Shown: positions 19,590 to 29,947 of the stretch, piece by piece
How the letters are laid out: each line of letters opens with the position of its first letter
Numbering within the stretch: position 1 is the stretch's first letter
Assembly (NCBI GenBank): GCA_963681965.1
Contig: OY820579.1
Coordinates: 3,840,001-3,904,000, forward strand
Origin: a bacterium
Lineage (GTDB): Bacteria > Electryoneota > JAOADG01
Direction: 5' to 3'
DNA length: 64,000 nucleotides
The notes under the pieces: model-generated
The model's database searches: none
Told to the model about the DNA's origin: nothing
Seen by the model: only the letters and a program-made list of their open reading frames with translations
Position numbers and translations under genes: made by a program

Positions 19590-21767
19590 TTACACCACAA
19601 TGCGGTAGACGACTTTCAACAATACGGTCGCATCGCGATTCGCCCAGCGCTCCATCGTGTTGCGGCGATGATTGTATGCGAGATAAATATCGCTGCCCAA
19701 CTGCGGCATCCAATGCAACCGGTAATTCACGATCAGATCGTTGTCCTGATTGTTCCATTGCGAATAAATTGCTGCCTGTAGCAACGTCGTAAACGAATAA
19801 TTGAGATCGAGCCCAAGCGAGGTCGCAATCGCGCGATCCGCACCGATCCGGATATCGTACCGGTCGATGTCGGTTGCCATAATGAAATGATTGTTCCACT
19901 GAGCTGCAGTATGTAGATAGAATTCGCGCTGTTGACCGGTATAGTAGCCACTTAACGAATACCGCGCATACCCATAATAATCGCGGCTGTGACTGGTACC
20001 GATTTCAATCTGGTGATCGGTGAAATTGTAATCCCCCTGCTTGATGACGACGTCGCTCGCAACCGGAAAATCGTAATCGATCCGGTCGAATGTCGATGTC
20101 GCCGTATAGCCGAAATAATCGCCGGAGGTGGTCGTGATCCCGACCGGCGAAAACGAGTATTTACGCGATGTCAGCCGGTTATCGATATCGGTGACATATT
20201 CCATCGCCATCGGGACGACGGTAATATTGTCGATGCCGTGGCTGCGCGGATAAAAGCGATAGGTCAGATTGGCGGCGCCAAACGTGCCGGGGCGCGTGAC
20301 ATATCCCAATTCCGGATTGAAGTTGCGCTCGATTTTACTGATCCCGATGCGCGCATTCAGTTTCGGATTGGGATATGCGATAAACGAATAGAACGAGCGA
20401 TTCAAGCGATTGGGCAACTCCGGTGTCGTCGTTTCGGTGTAGGAACTGCCGATCATCAGCATATTGCGACCGATCAGATTGGGAAACTGAAACAGCGCAT
20501 CGCCGCCATAGGTGCGGCTCGCGCGATTCGTCTGCTCCTTGTCGGTGGCGATCATTCCGAAATACGACGATCCGAAAATATTGCGCTTCAATCGCAGTAC
20601 CGAAAAATTCGTTGTCGGAATATTGTCGACTTTATCGGTCTGCATTGAAAATGCACCGACATCGAAACTCCCGACGGTACCGACTACCCGCGCACCGCCG
20701 ATAATCGGTACCGTTTTCCCGCGCGCAATGCCAATTCGACGACTGTAAAACATACTCGCTGTGGTGGGAGTGAGATATGAGAATGTACCGGCACTTTCGA
20801 GAAAGAATTCGCGCCGCTCATTATTGAAAATCGGGTAGCGGGTGAGATTGATGACGGTGCGATCCTCTTCGATCTGCGCATAATCGGGATTGACGGTCAG
20901 ATCGAGTGTCAACGAAGACGTGAGCGGCGCTTTCAAATCGAATCCGGTTTTAGTCAATGTGGTGTTGTGTCCATCGAACGACTCGTAGGGATTCTGAATC
21001 GGATATTGCCGCGTGATTCCGGCAACACCGAACGGTTTGATTTCAATGTTGCTGCCACGATGAATATTCTTTAGACCGCGCAATTCACCATTCTTCGAGA
21101 CCATCGTCGCTTCGGTCAGTCGCGGGATCGGTGCCCAGAAAGCGAATTCGCGACGACGCTGCACGTCACGCTCGAAATTAACTCCCCAGACCTGAATCGA
21201 ATCGTCGGTGAACCGCAACGATGAAAAGGGAATCTCCATTTCGATATACCAGCCATGTGCATCTTTGGTCGATCGGACATCCCAGACGCCATTCCAAGTC
21301 GGATTGAAGTTATTGCCGTCATTCGACGCCATCGCATCGTACCGCGCGCCATTGGCATTGGTGCCGAAGTAGTAGCAATTGCGGTGATCGTGATAGGTAT
21401 CGAGCGAGATCACAAAACAATCTTCGGCACTGGCATCGAAATCGCGTTCCATGCGGTAGCCGACGACCTGCTCGGGGTGCGTGTCGAAACACCAGGCGCC
21501 GACAAATAGCGCACTGGCGGTATAGATCAAGCGCACTTCGGTTCGCTCGGTTTCCGGTTTGTAATCGTCCGGCTCGCGTTGGATGAAATCGATCGCTGGT
21601 GCGGCAAGTTGCCATTCCGATTCATCTAGTCGTCCATCCAATTTCGGTGCATGATCGACCCGAACGGCAGTGACCACCTTCGGGCAGGTTCCCGCGAGGA
21701 GCGGTTGTGCGAAAATCGTGCTGAACAGGAATAGGGCGATCGGTGCGTAACCGCTGCGGAAATTCAT
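19590..21767 (-). CDS. CBM9-like sugar-binding domain + DUF5916 outer-membrane protein (725 aa)
   Basis: P.LDG.LDE.EW..A, FIQREP, DLTVNPDYAQIE.D, E.REFFLE, FYSRRIG; GGAGGAG RBS before ATG 21767. Confidence 0.85.
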   Translation of the reverse strand: MNFRSGYAPIALFLFSTIFAQPLLAGTCPKVVTAVRVDHAPKLDGRLDESEWQLAAPAIDFIQREPDDYKPETERTEVRLIYTASALFVGAWCFDTHPEQVVGYRMERDFDASAEDCFVISLDTYHDHRNCYYFGTNANGARYDAMASNDGNNFNPTWNGVWDVRSTKDAHGWYIEMEIPFSSLRFTDDSIQVWGVNFERDVQRRREFAFWAPIPRLTEATMVSKNGELRGLKNIHRGSNIEIKPFGVAGITRQYPIQNPYESFDGHNTTLTKTGFDLKAPLTSSLTLDLTVNPDYAQIEEDRTVINLTRYPIFNNERREFFLESAGTFSYLTPTTASMFYSRRIGIARGKTVPIIGGARVVGTVGSFDVGAFSMQTDKVDNIPTTNFSVLRLKRNIFGSSYFGMIATDKEQTNRASRTYGGDALFQFPNLIGRNMLMIGSSYTETTTPELPNRLNRSFYSFIAYPNPKLNARIGISKIERNFNPELGYVTRPGTFGAANLTYRFYPRSHGIDNITVVPMAMEYVTDIDNRLTSRKYSFSPVGITTTSGDYFGYTATSTFDRIDYDFPVASDVVIKQGDYNFTDHQIEIGTSHSRDYYGYARYSLSGYYTGQQREFYLHTAAQWNNHFIMATDIDRYDIRIGADRAIATSLGLDLNYSFTTLLQAAIYSQWNNQDNDLIVNYRLHWMPQLGSDIYLAYNHRRNTMERWANRDATVLLKVVYRIVV

Positions 21768-21951
21768 CTCTCCTCCGGAATCGTAGTGTGATGAAAGATA
21801 GGAAGGGAATAATTCGCGAGACAGATTTGGGATTTTTTCATTTCTGGACAAATGCATCATTCTGCGACACCGGAGTGCAAATTTGAACGCTGGACCGGAT
21901 TTTCGGGTGGATTCTGTTTCAATTTGCGACACTGTTTAGGGGAGCCATTTT

Positions 21952-22866
21952 GGTAGCGGCGGACTTTAGTTCGCGTATTTGTCCAATGTAACCGTAGGCT
22001 TCAGCCTGCGTATTTTTTTCGTAGGGGCGTATGGCATACGCCCAAGCGGCAGGCAGCGCCTGACGTATAAGTGGTAGGGAATAGGTGGTCTGTGGTGAGA
22101 AAAGAGAAAAAAGAATGCCGATTCGGAGATCGGCAGTACTGCCCAACTCCGATTGGGCATTTTTTTCTATCGCGGATGAATGATATGACAGATACAAGAA
22201 CGGGGGCATGCGGGGATGTTCCCCTACTCAGGATACAGGATACATAAAACAGGATACAAGAACGGGCGGGCGCGGGGAACCGCCCCTACTCAGGATACAG
22301 GATACATAAACAGGATACAAGAACTGGCGGGCGCAGGGACCCGCCCCTACTATAGGATTCAAGATAAAAAGATACAAGAAATGGTCAGAACAAGTTCTGA
22401 CCTACGGAAAAAAAGTGAATCGCAGGCTCGGAGGTCTGCGATTTTTTTTTCGTAGGGGCGTATGGCATACGCCCAAGCGGCAGGCAGCGCCTGACGTATA
22501 AAACAGGTGGTAGGGAATAGGTGGTGGGTGGTGAGAAAAGAGAAAAAAGAATGCCGATTCGGAGATCGGCAGTACTGCCCAACTCCGATTGGGCATTTTT
22601 TTCTATCGCGGATGAATGATGTGACAGATACCAGAACGGGGGCATGCGGGGATGTTCCCCTACTCAGGATACAGGATACATAAAACAGGATACAAGAACG
22701 GGCGGGCGCGGGGACCCGCCCCTACTATAGGATTCAAGATAGAAAGATACAAGAAATGGTCAGAACAAGTTCTGACCTACGGAAAAAAAGTGAATCGCAG
22801 GCTCGGAGGCCTGCGCCACCAAAGATAAAATAAAAAAAAGGTAGTCGGAATAAATTCCGACATACT
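21952..22866. repeat. Mosaic REP cluster with a ~430-bp tandem duplication
   Basis: ~22012-22440 is repeated at ~22443-22815; CAGGATA heptamers link the hairpins. Confidence 0.85.
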
Positions 22867-23036
22867 GAAATAACGCAAATCGCCATTCATTCGTGTGACC
22901 TCGATCATCACAACTGCAGATTTCACCTAACGTCGAACTAGGAATGCGTCAAAATTATGGGTATTTTTAAGTTCAGCTTTTTCTTAGCTTCGAATTGCGC
23001 TGATCCCCGACCCTTTTCTTCATTACGAGGTAATTC

Positions 23037-24653
23037 ATGAAACAACTTTTACTCATTCTGATGCTGGTTATCGTTGCGATTTCCGGCTGTAACAAAGACG
23101 ATACGAATAAACCAACCAATTCATCGCCGGCTGTTCCCTCCAATCCCACACCAGCCGACAGTGCCATCAATCAAGCGACATCGTTGTCGCTGCAATGGAA
23201 TTGTACCGATGCGGACAACGACACGCTGCACTACGATGTCTATTTCGGTACCGACAATCCTCCTGCAACCCGCGTGGCAACTGCGATTACCGCTAGATCG
23301 TTCGCTTGCAACACTCTGGCAACATCGACAACCTACTATTGGAAAGTACTTGCCGACGACGATAACAACACCGTGGTATCGGGTCCCGTGTGGCGCTTCA
23401 CCACCAGTGCGACGGGAATTCCACTGCCAACGGCACCAACCTCGTTGACAGCAACCGTAGTAAGTTCCTCCTCAATCCGGGTCGATTGGACCGACAACGC
23501 CTCCAACGAATCCGGCTTCGTAATCGAGAGTAAAACCGGTGCTGCCGCATTCGCGACCCTCGGAACGGTCGGCAGCAATATCGTCACCTATACTGCCACC
23601 GGATTGCAGCCATCGACGCTGTACTATTTCCGGGTCAAAGCCCAGAACTCGACCGGTAGCTCCGGCTATTCCAACGAAGCAAGTGCCACCACCAGTGCCG
23701 GTAGCGGCAACATCATCAGCGGTAAGATTTTCAAATTGGCGGACTCGACCGGATTGGCAGGCGCGACGGTTCAGAACCAGACGAGTGTCAGTACGACCAC
23801 CGACGCCAATGGTAACTATTCACTATCGGTTCCCGTCGGCGTGAATACGGTGACGGCATCGAAGAGTGGTTACGTTACCGCGCAGGCGATCTGTTTCGTC
23901 ACCACCAATCAGACGACGAATCAGAATATCTTCCTCGCCGCGACCGGAGCTGCCGCCGGGACGGTATCGGGCGTCGTCAGCAGCGCCATCAATGGCTCCG
24001 TAATTGCCAACGCGAAAGTGATTCTGGAAGGCGGCGATTCGGTGACAACGAATAGCAGCGGTCAATACACGATCACGGTCGCTGCCGGTACACACGGTCT
24101 GCGCGCTCGCGCAACCGGATATGTCGAAAGCAACACCACTATTTTGCGGGTCATGTCGGGTCAGACGACGACTTGGAATTTCCAGCTATCACCAGTGATG
24201 GCAGCCTCCGGTCGGATGCGGTTTGTCTTGTCGTGGAGTTCCAATCCGCGCGATCTCGACAGTTATTTAAAGACCCCGACGACATACAACACCGATGGTG
24301 AAGTTTATTACGGAGCCAAAGGCGACTCCATAAATTCACCGTGGGTACGCCTGGACAACGACGTGCAGAACGGCAATGGTCCGGAAACGATCACGGTCTA
24401 TCAATGGACGACGGGTACTTACAAATATTTCATCCATCAATGGTCGTCCGACAGCACGCTGACCGGCAGCCGGGCAGTAGTGAATATTTACGGTACGACC
24501 GGTTTGCTCCAGCAGCTCAATGTGCCGACAGGCGGCGGCACCGAGCGCTACTGGTACGTCTGCGATATCAACGGCAGTACCGGTGCGATCACGATCGTCA
24601 ATCGACTGGTTGCTGCTTCGCCGGGATCGACGGCATCGAAAAAAGCGAAGTAA
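23037..24653 (+). CDS. Lipoprotein with Fn3 domains, carboxypeptidase-regulatory-like domains and a YfaP/DUF2135-like C-terminal domain
   Basis: Lipobox ISGC; YDVYFGT..., WTDNASNE.GF, Y.FRV.A.N; C-terminal VLSW...RDLDS.L...LDND...GPETIT. Confidence 0.8.
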   Translation: MKQLLLILMLVIVAISGCNKDDTNKPTNSSPAVPSNPTPADSAINQATSLSLQWNCTDADNDTLHYDVYFGTDNPPATRVATAITARSFACNTLATSTTYYWKVLADDDNNTVVSGPVWRFTTSATGIPLPTAPTSLTATVVSSSSIRVDWTDNASNESGFVIESKTGAAAFATLGTVGSNIVTYTATGLQPSTLYYFRVKAQNSTGSSGYSNEASATTSAGSGNIISGKIFKLADSTGLAGATVQNQTSVSTTTDANGNYSLSVPVGVNTVTASKSGYVTAQAICFVTTNQTTNQNIFLAATGAAAGTVSGVVSSAINGSVIANAKVILEGGDSVTTNSSGQYTITVAAGTHGLRARATGYVESNTTILRVMSGQTTTWNFQLSPVMAASGRMRFVLSWSSNPRDLDSYLKTPTTYNTDGEVYYGAKGDSINSPWVRLDNDVQNGNGPETITVYQWTTGTYKYFIHQWSSDSTLTGSRAVVNIYGTTGLLQQLNVPTGGGTERYWYVCDINGSTGAITIVNRLVAASPGSTASKKAK

Positions 24654-24678
24654 TCTGTTCAAAAATATTTGTGATGAC

Positions 24679-24709
24679 AAAAACCCACCGGGAAGCCGGT
24701 GGGTTTTTT
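24679..24709 (+). terminator. Rho-independent terminator
   Basis: AAAAACCCACCGG-GAAG-CCGGTGGGTTTTTT. Confidence 0.85.
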
Positions 24710-25082
24710 GATGTGCGGGATCGCTTACGTGCTAGGAAGTATCAACAACTTCTCGGAGCAATTCTGGGGGTTGTTGTTTATATTAGAGTAATTGTCGTTT
24801 CAATAAATTTTTGATACAACCGTTTTTTACTTGCATGATGTTGTTGTCTATTTGTATTTTTTATTTCGAAGGTCGATGCGATAACTATGCGTATGTAGCC
24901 GCTTGATAACCGAATGCCCAGCACGAAATGATTTTTTTGACGCTGCTTTTATAACATTCAGAATGTGACTTCAGTGGTGCTATTAACTTATCTGCAAGTG
25001 CACCGACAGTTTCAAGCTCGCCTTTGCGTTAGTACTCGAAAAGTGGGTCTGTGATTTAGTCAGCATACTATAGGGGTACATC

Positions 25083-28000
25083 ATGAATCGATGGAATACG
25101 TTTCTAACGGTAATCACAATTACGATTGTGGTTCAAACTGCTTTATCGCAGACCTTTCCAAAAACATTTGGGTTTACGGGCGACCAGCAGGGTAACGAGA
25201 TTCAACCAACACGCGATGGTGGCTACATAATCGTTGCAGGGAACACCCAAAATGCTGTTGGCGGAGCGGATATCTGGTTAATACGTCTTAACTCATCTTT
25301 TGATACTGTTTGGACTCGAGCAATTGATCTCGGGTATAACGAAGGAAGCAGTTCAATTAAACAGACACAAGACGGTGGGTTTATTCTCTGTGGCGGCATC
25401 AGTTATGGTGGAGTACAAGTCCAAACTTTGCTTGTTAAAACTGATTCTTTAGGAAGAGTACAATGGAATCGTCAGTGGGGTGGATCATATGAAGACGCTT
25501 CAGTCAATGTCCAACTAACACTCGACCACGGATATATCTCTACAGGTTTTACGCGAACTCCAGCTCATCCTGCAATGTTCTACATTTGGAAAACCGATTC
25601 AATGGGAAATGAACAATGGTTAAAACGTTACGGATCGGTTGGATATGAAGAAAATCAGGGGGCTTATGTATGCCAAACTTCAGATGGTAATTACATCGCG
25701 ACAGGATATTTCGGATCTCCTAGTAATCGAGTTGCGCTGATTAAGCTTAACTCAGTAGGAGATACGCTGTGGATTAGAAATTTCGGACTTGGTTTACTCG
25801 GTAACTGGGCAAATGGAATTTGTGTAAAAGAAACTGCTGACCACGGTTACATTTTAAGTGGTTCGACACATACTGGCAGTGGTAATGGTTTTCTCATTAA
25901 AACGGATTCTTTGGGTAATCAACAATGGATAAGATCATATGGAGGTACTGCTGATGAATTCATTACAGGAATCAGGCAACTTCAAGACGGCAATTACTTA
26001 GTTGTAGGTCAAACAACATCTTATGGTTATGGCGGTAGCGATATTTGGCTTTTGAAAATCAATTCAGTTGGTGATACAATTTGGACACGAACGTATGGTG
26101 GTTCTGGTAACGAATCAACCGGAGAGCGCGACTTATCAGTAACATCAGACAGTTGCTATCTGATCGTAGGGACAACAGCATCTTGGGGTGCAGGTGGAAA
26201 TGATGCTCTTTTACTCAAAGTTGATGGTAACGGCAACATCGTGAATCGCTCGATCTCAATCTTTCGACCTATCGGTGGTGAATCCTTCCGAATCGGCACT
26301 ACCGACACAATCCGTTGGTCAAGCTTCGGAATATCGGGAAATGTCAACATCGAGCTAAACCGCAACTATCCTTCAGCATCTTGGGAAACACTTTTTGCTA
26401 ACACAACGAATGACGGTCAGGAAATGTGGAACGTTACAGGTCCCGTCTCTCCAACAGCACGTTTAAGGATACTCTCGGTGAATTATCCAACGATTGCAGA
26501 CACTTCGGATGCAAATTTTAGAATTCATTCCTCAAGCAACTCACCTCAATATTCACTTTCGTTTAACGGCACAAATAGTTACTCAGAAATCTCCACAACT
26601 ATTCTTCCTACTGGTGGGTCTTCACGTTCGATTGAACTTTGGGTCAAGACTGATCAAACAAGCCACAACGGATATGGGTTTAATCCTATAGTTAGTTATG
26701 GTATCCAGTCAGCTGGACAAGCCATGATGATTGGAATCGATTATGGTAATCTCGTGCTTTCTTGGACTGGTTATGATTATCGTCCTGGATTCTTTTTAGC
26801 TGATGGTCGATGGCACTTCGTATGTGCTACATATCAAAGTGGTATTTCATATTTATACGTTGATGGAGCGCTTATTGGGTCTGTATCTCGAACGATAAAT
26901 ACGGTGTCATCACCACTTCGATTGGGGGCAGATGTCGCTCTTTACCAAACGAATTTCAACGGGCTAATTGATGAAGTAAGAATATGGAATACACTCAGGT
27001 CGATTTCAGATATTCAGAATGACATGTATGCCAATCTTACTGGAGTTGAAACGGGACTTTTGGGTTCTTGGCGACTTAATGAAGGTGCAGGAACGACTAT
27101 CTATAACGACGTACAAAATGGAGCTTTAGGTGTTACTTACAATACGACTTGGTCATCGAACTTCCCATCGAAACTAACACTGACTCGACCCAATGGCGGC
27201 GAATCCTTCCGCATCGGCACACAAGACACAATCCGTTGGTCAAGCTTCGGAATATCGGGAAATGTCAACATCGAACTGAACCGCAACTATCCTTCAGCAT
27301 CTTGGGAAACCCTGTTTGCCAGTACCCCAAATGATGGTCAAGAAATGTGGACTGTTGCTGGTCCTGTCTCTTCTACAACACGTTTACGAATACTCTCGGT
27401 GAATTATCCAACGATTGCAGACACATCAAATGCGAATTTTCGCATCCATTCGATGGGTAGTGTCAATACATCTTCGTTATCATTTAACGGTACTAACAAT
27501 TCTGTAGAAATTGTAAATCCAAATTTACCAATTGGTAATTCTCCTAGAACAGTCGAATTTTGGATGAAGTCAAACCAGCTAAATGCAGCTACTATCCTGC
27601 TTTGGGGAACAGGAGGAAATTCACAGTTATTTGGAATTAACGTAGGCGGAGGATTGAATGGTTTTGGTGCTGGGACAATCGTTTTCTGGGGATTTTTCAA
27701 TGATTATGGATCTCCTTTGTTTATTGCTGATAGTGCTTGGCACCATGTTGCTGTTACTTATGATGGGGTAAGTCTTAGAATAATTGTCGATAATGTCGCT
27801 GACACACCGACTGTTCGTGCATTAAACACTGGCGCGTCCTCATTAGTAATCGGAGCAGATGCTCCAGGAAATACAGGTTATCGCGGTAAGATATCTGAAT
27901 TACGAATTTGGAATTATGCTCGGACATTACCTCAAATCCAATCCGCAATGTATTCTTCTCTTACCGGAACTGAAACCGGACTCGTCGGATTGTGGCGCCT

Positions 28001-29687
28001 CAATGAAGGATCCGGAACAACCGCCTTCAACGATGTCCCCGGTAGTGCAAATGGCACAATTAACGGGGCTGCCTGGAGTACCGATGTTCCAACTCCTCCT
28101 TCATTTCATCTCACTCGTCCCAATGGTGGAGAAACCTTTGTATTGGGGGTTCCCGATACCATCCGTTGGTCATCCGTTGGCTTGTCGGGAAACGTCACGA
28201 TCAAACTAAATCGAAGTTATCCGAATGGTGCATGGACTACATTAAATACCACCACACCAGTTTCACAGGGTTATCTGGTCTGGACACCCACCGCGCCACC
28301 GACAAGCAGTTCGCGGATAGCGATTATTCCGCAAGGTGACTCGACAAAAGCCGATACTTCGGATGCCAATTTTACCAGCCAGAATAAACTAATCGTCCTT
28401 TCCCATGAGTATGGCGGTGAAGTGATACCACTTGGCGTATCCGATACGATCCGGTGGACATCGAATTACGCAACGAACATTTCTATTTCGATCAGCCGCA
28501 ATGGCATGACGTACGATTCACTTTCTCCCATCGTCGAGAACCTGAATGTAACTGCTGGAAACGGTTCGTTCATCTGGACACCACTGGGTACCGGTTCGAC
28601 TGTCGCTCGCATCTATATCATCGACAACACCTATTTTAACGAGTACTGGTCAACGAACAGCTTTGCTCTAGTGTCTCCTATATTGTCGGTGCGTGGTTCG
28701 CCAGTCAGCTTTGCGGGTACGAAGCCACATCAAACCGATTCGCTGCTGATCAGTATCAAACAATTGCAAGGGCAATCTTTCACCTATTTAACCGTGACTG
28801 GTTCCAACAGTGGAATATTCACCAGACGAATCGTCGACACCGATTCCAATACGCTGGCAGGCGATTCTCTGAAGATCTGGGTCAAGTTCACACCTGATAG
28901 CATTCTGACTTATCGCGACACACTCCGGTTGACTATTCAAACACCATACCAACCGTTAACAATCCCACTTACCGGCCTCGGTCTAGGAACATACATCTAT
29001 CCTCATGCAACGACGTTGATCTTCCCCAATCAAATTGAACCGACCCGACGTGACTCGCTATCGTTAATACTGAATGTACAAGGTAATCGAACTTTGGCGA
29101 ATGGAACCTGGATCACAATTCCATCGGGATTACCATTCAGTTCACCGGTATTGTCAAATGTTCCATTCGGTCAGAATGATACCGTCAAAGTATACTTCAA
29201 TCCCTCTGCACAAGGAACCTACAGTGGCATAATAGGATTAGTATCGAATGCAGTGAATGCCGATACGATTAAAATCACTGTTTCAGGTACTTCGCATTAC
29301 GTTCCTGCGGCACCGGGTCATTTGGTGGTAACGACCCTTGGTGAAAACGCAAATCTGACTTGGAATGTGGTCGATACTTCCCTGGGTGGTGTCCCATTGT
29401 CCGTCCAACGATATTTAGTTTATTTCCGAAGTCAGACAACCTATCCGTGGGAATTCCTTGCTGGTACAATCGGAGCAACAGCGACGTCCCATACCCATTC
29501 ATTAGTAGTTACTCATAGCCCTTCAATGTATTATCAAGTAACAGCATGGCTAGGTACTGGATCAACAGATTCTTTTGATCGAATCATTCGCTCAATTCCG
29601 GTTGGGACACCAAAAGAAGAAGTGGAACGACAGTTGTCAATCATTGATGGAATGCAATCGGAAGCTAATGAAATAGAATTAAAGTAG
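25083..29687 (+). CDS. 1534-aa secreted modular protein: beta-propeller, PNGGE-type Ig repeats, two LamG/ConA-like domains, ASH/Ig-like domains, Fn3-like C-terminus
   Basis: Signal peptide; repeated QT.DGG.I..G / L.KTD..G...W.R.YGG; R.P.GGE...G..DTIRW x4; WH.V..TY and G.I.E.RIWN LamG motifs. Confidence 0.85.
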   Translation: MNRWNTFLTVITITIVVQTALSQTFPKTFGFTGDQQGNEIQPTRDGGYIIVAGNTQNAVGGADIWLIRLNSSFDTVWTRAIDLGYNEGSSSIKQTQDGGFILCGGISYGGVQVQTLLVKTDSLGRVQWNRQWGGSYEDASVNVQLTLDHGYISTGFTRTPAHPAMFYIWKTDSMGNEQWLKRYGSVGYEENQGAYVCQTSDGNYIATGYFGSPSNRVALIKLNSVGDTLWIRNFGLGLLGNWANGICVKETADHGYILSGSTHTGSGNGFLIKTDSLGNQQWIRSYGGTADEFITGIRQLQDGNYLVVGQTTSYGYGGSDIWLLKINSVGDTIWTRTYGGSGNESTGERDLSVTSDSCYLIVGTTASWGAGGNDALLLKVDGNGNIVNRSISIFRPIGGESFRIGTTDTIRWSSFGISGNVNIELNRNYPSASWETLFANTTNDGQEMWNVTGPVSPTARLRILSVNYPTIADTSDANFRIHSSSNSPQYSLSFNGTNSYSEISTTILPTGGSSRSIELWVKTDQTSHNGYGFNPIVSYGIQSAGQAMMIGIDYGNLVLSWTGYDYRPGFFLADGRWHFVCATYQSGISYLYVDGALIGSVSRTINTVSSPLRLGADVALYQTNFNGLIDEVRIWNTLRSISDIQNDMYANLTGVETGLLGSWRLNEGAGTTIYNDVQNGALGVTYNTTWSSNFPSKLTLTRPNGGESFRIGTQDTIRWSSFGISGNVNIELNRNYPSASWETLFASTPNDGQEMWTVAGPVSSTTRLRILSVNYPTIADTSNANFRIHSMGSVNTSSLSFNGTNNSVEIVNPNLPIGNSPRTVEFWMKSNQLNAATILLWGTGGNSQLFGINVGGGLNGFGAGTIVFWGFFNDYGSPLFIADSAWHHVAVTYDGVSLRIIVDNVADTPTVRALNTGASSLVIGADAPGNTGYRGKISELRIWNYARTLPQIQSAMYSSLTGTETGLVGLWRLNEGSGTTAFNDVPGSANGTINGAAWSTDVPTPPSFHLTRPNGGETFVLGVPDTIRWSSVGLSGNVTIKLNRSYPNGAWTTLNTTTPVSQGYLVWTPTAPPTSSSRIAIIPQGDSTKADTSDANFTSQNKLIVLSHEYGGEVIPLGVSDTIRWTSNYATNISISISRNGMTYDSLSPIVENLNVTAGNGSFIWTPLGTGSTVARIYIIDNTYFNEYWSTNSFALVSPILSVRGSPVSFAGTKPHQTDSLLISIKQLQGQSFTYLTVTGSNSGIFTRRIVDTDSNTLAGDSLKIWVKFTPDSILTYRDTLRLTIQTPYQPLTIPLTGLGLGTYIYPHATTLIFPNQIEPTRRDSLSLILNVQGNRTLANGTWITIPSGLPFSSPVLSNVPFGQNDTVKVYFNPSAQGTYSGIIGLVSNAVNADTIKITVSGTSHYVPAAPGHLVVTTLGENANLTWNVVDTSLGGVPLSVQRYLVYFRSQTTYPWEFLAGTIGATATSHTHSLVVTHSPSMYYQVTAWLGTGSTDSFDRIIRSIPVGTPKEEVERQLSIIDGMQSEANEIELK

Positions 29688-29947
29688 CCATTCTAAACAC
29701 TTGTAGATCTTCTCAAGATCCTTAAGGGAATTCTCTAGTATTACCTTGTTTATTAATATGATTTTATCGGTTCTACTTCTTTGAGACCGCTCCACTTGCC
29801 CGCTTGCAAAAAATTTCGCAAATTTAGGGTTAGTTGAAATAAGACGGTTCACGAATGGCCGGACAGACCGTGGATCCATTCCCGTTATTTTCATTACCCG
29901 ACGCAGCTTGTATCAAGCATGCCAACGCAAGCAAGGAGATTCCAATC

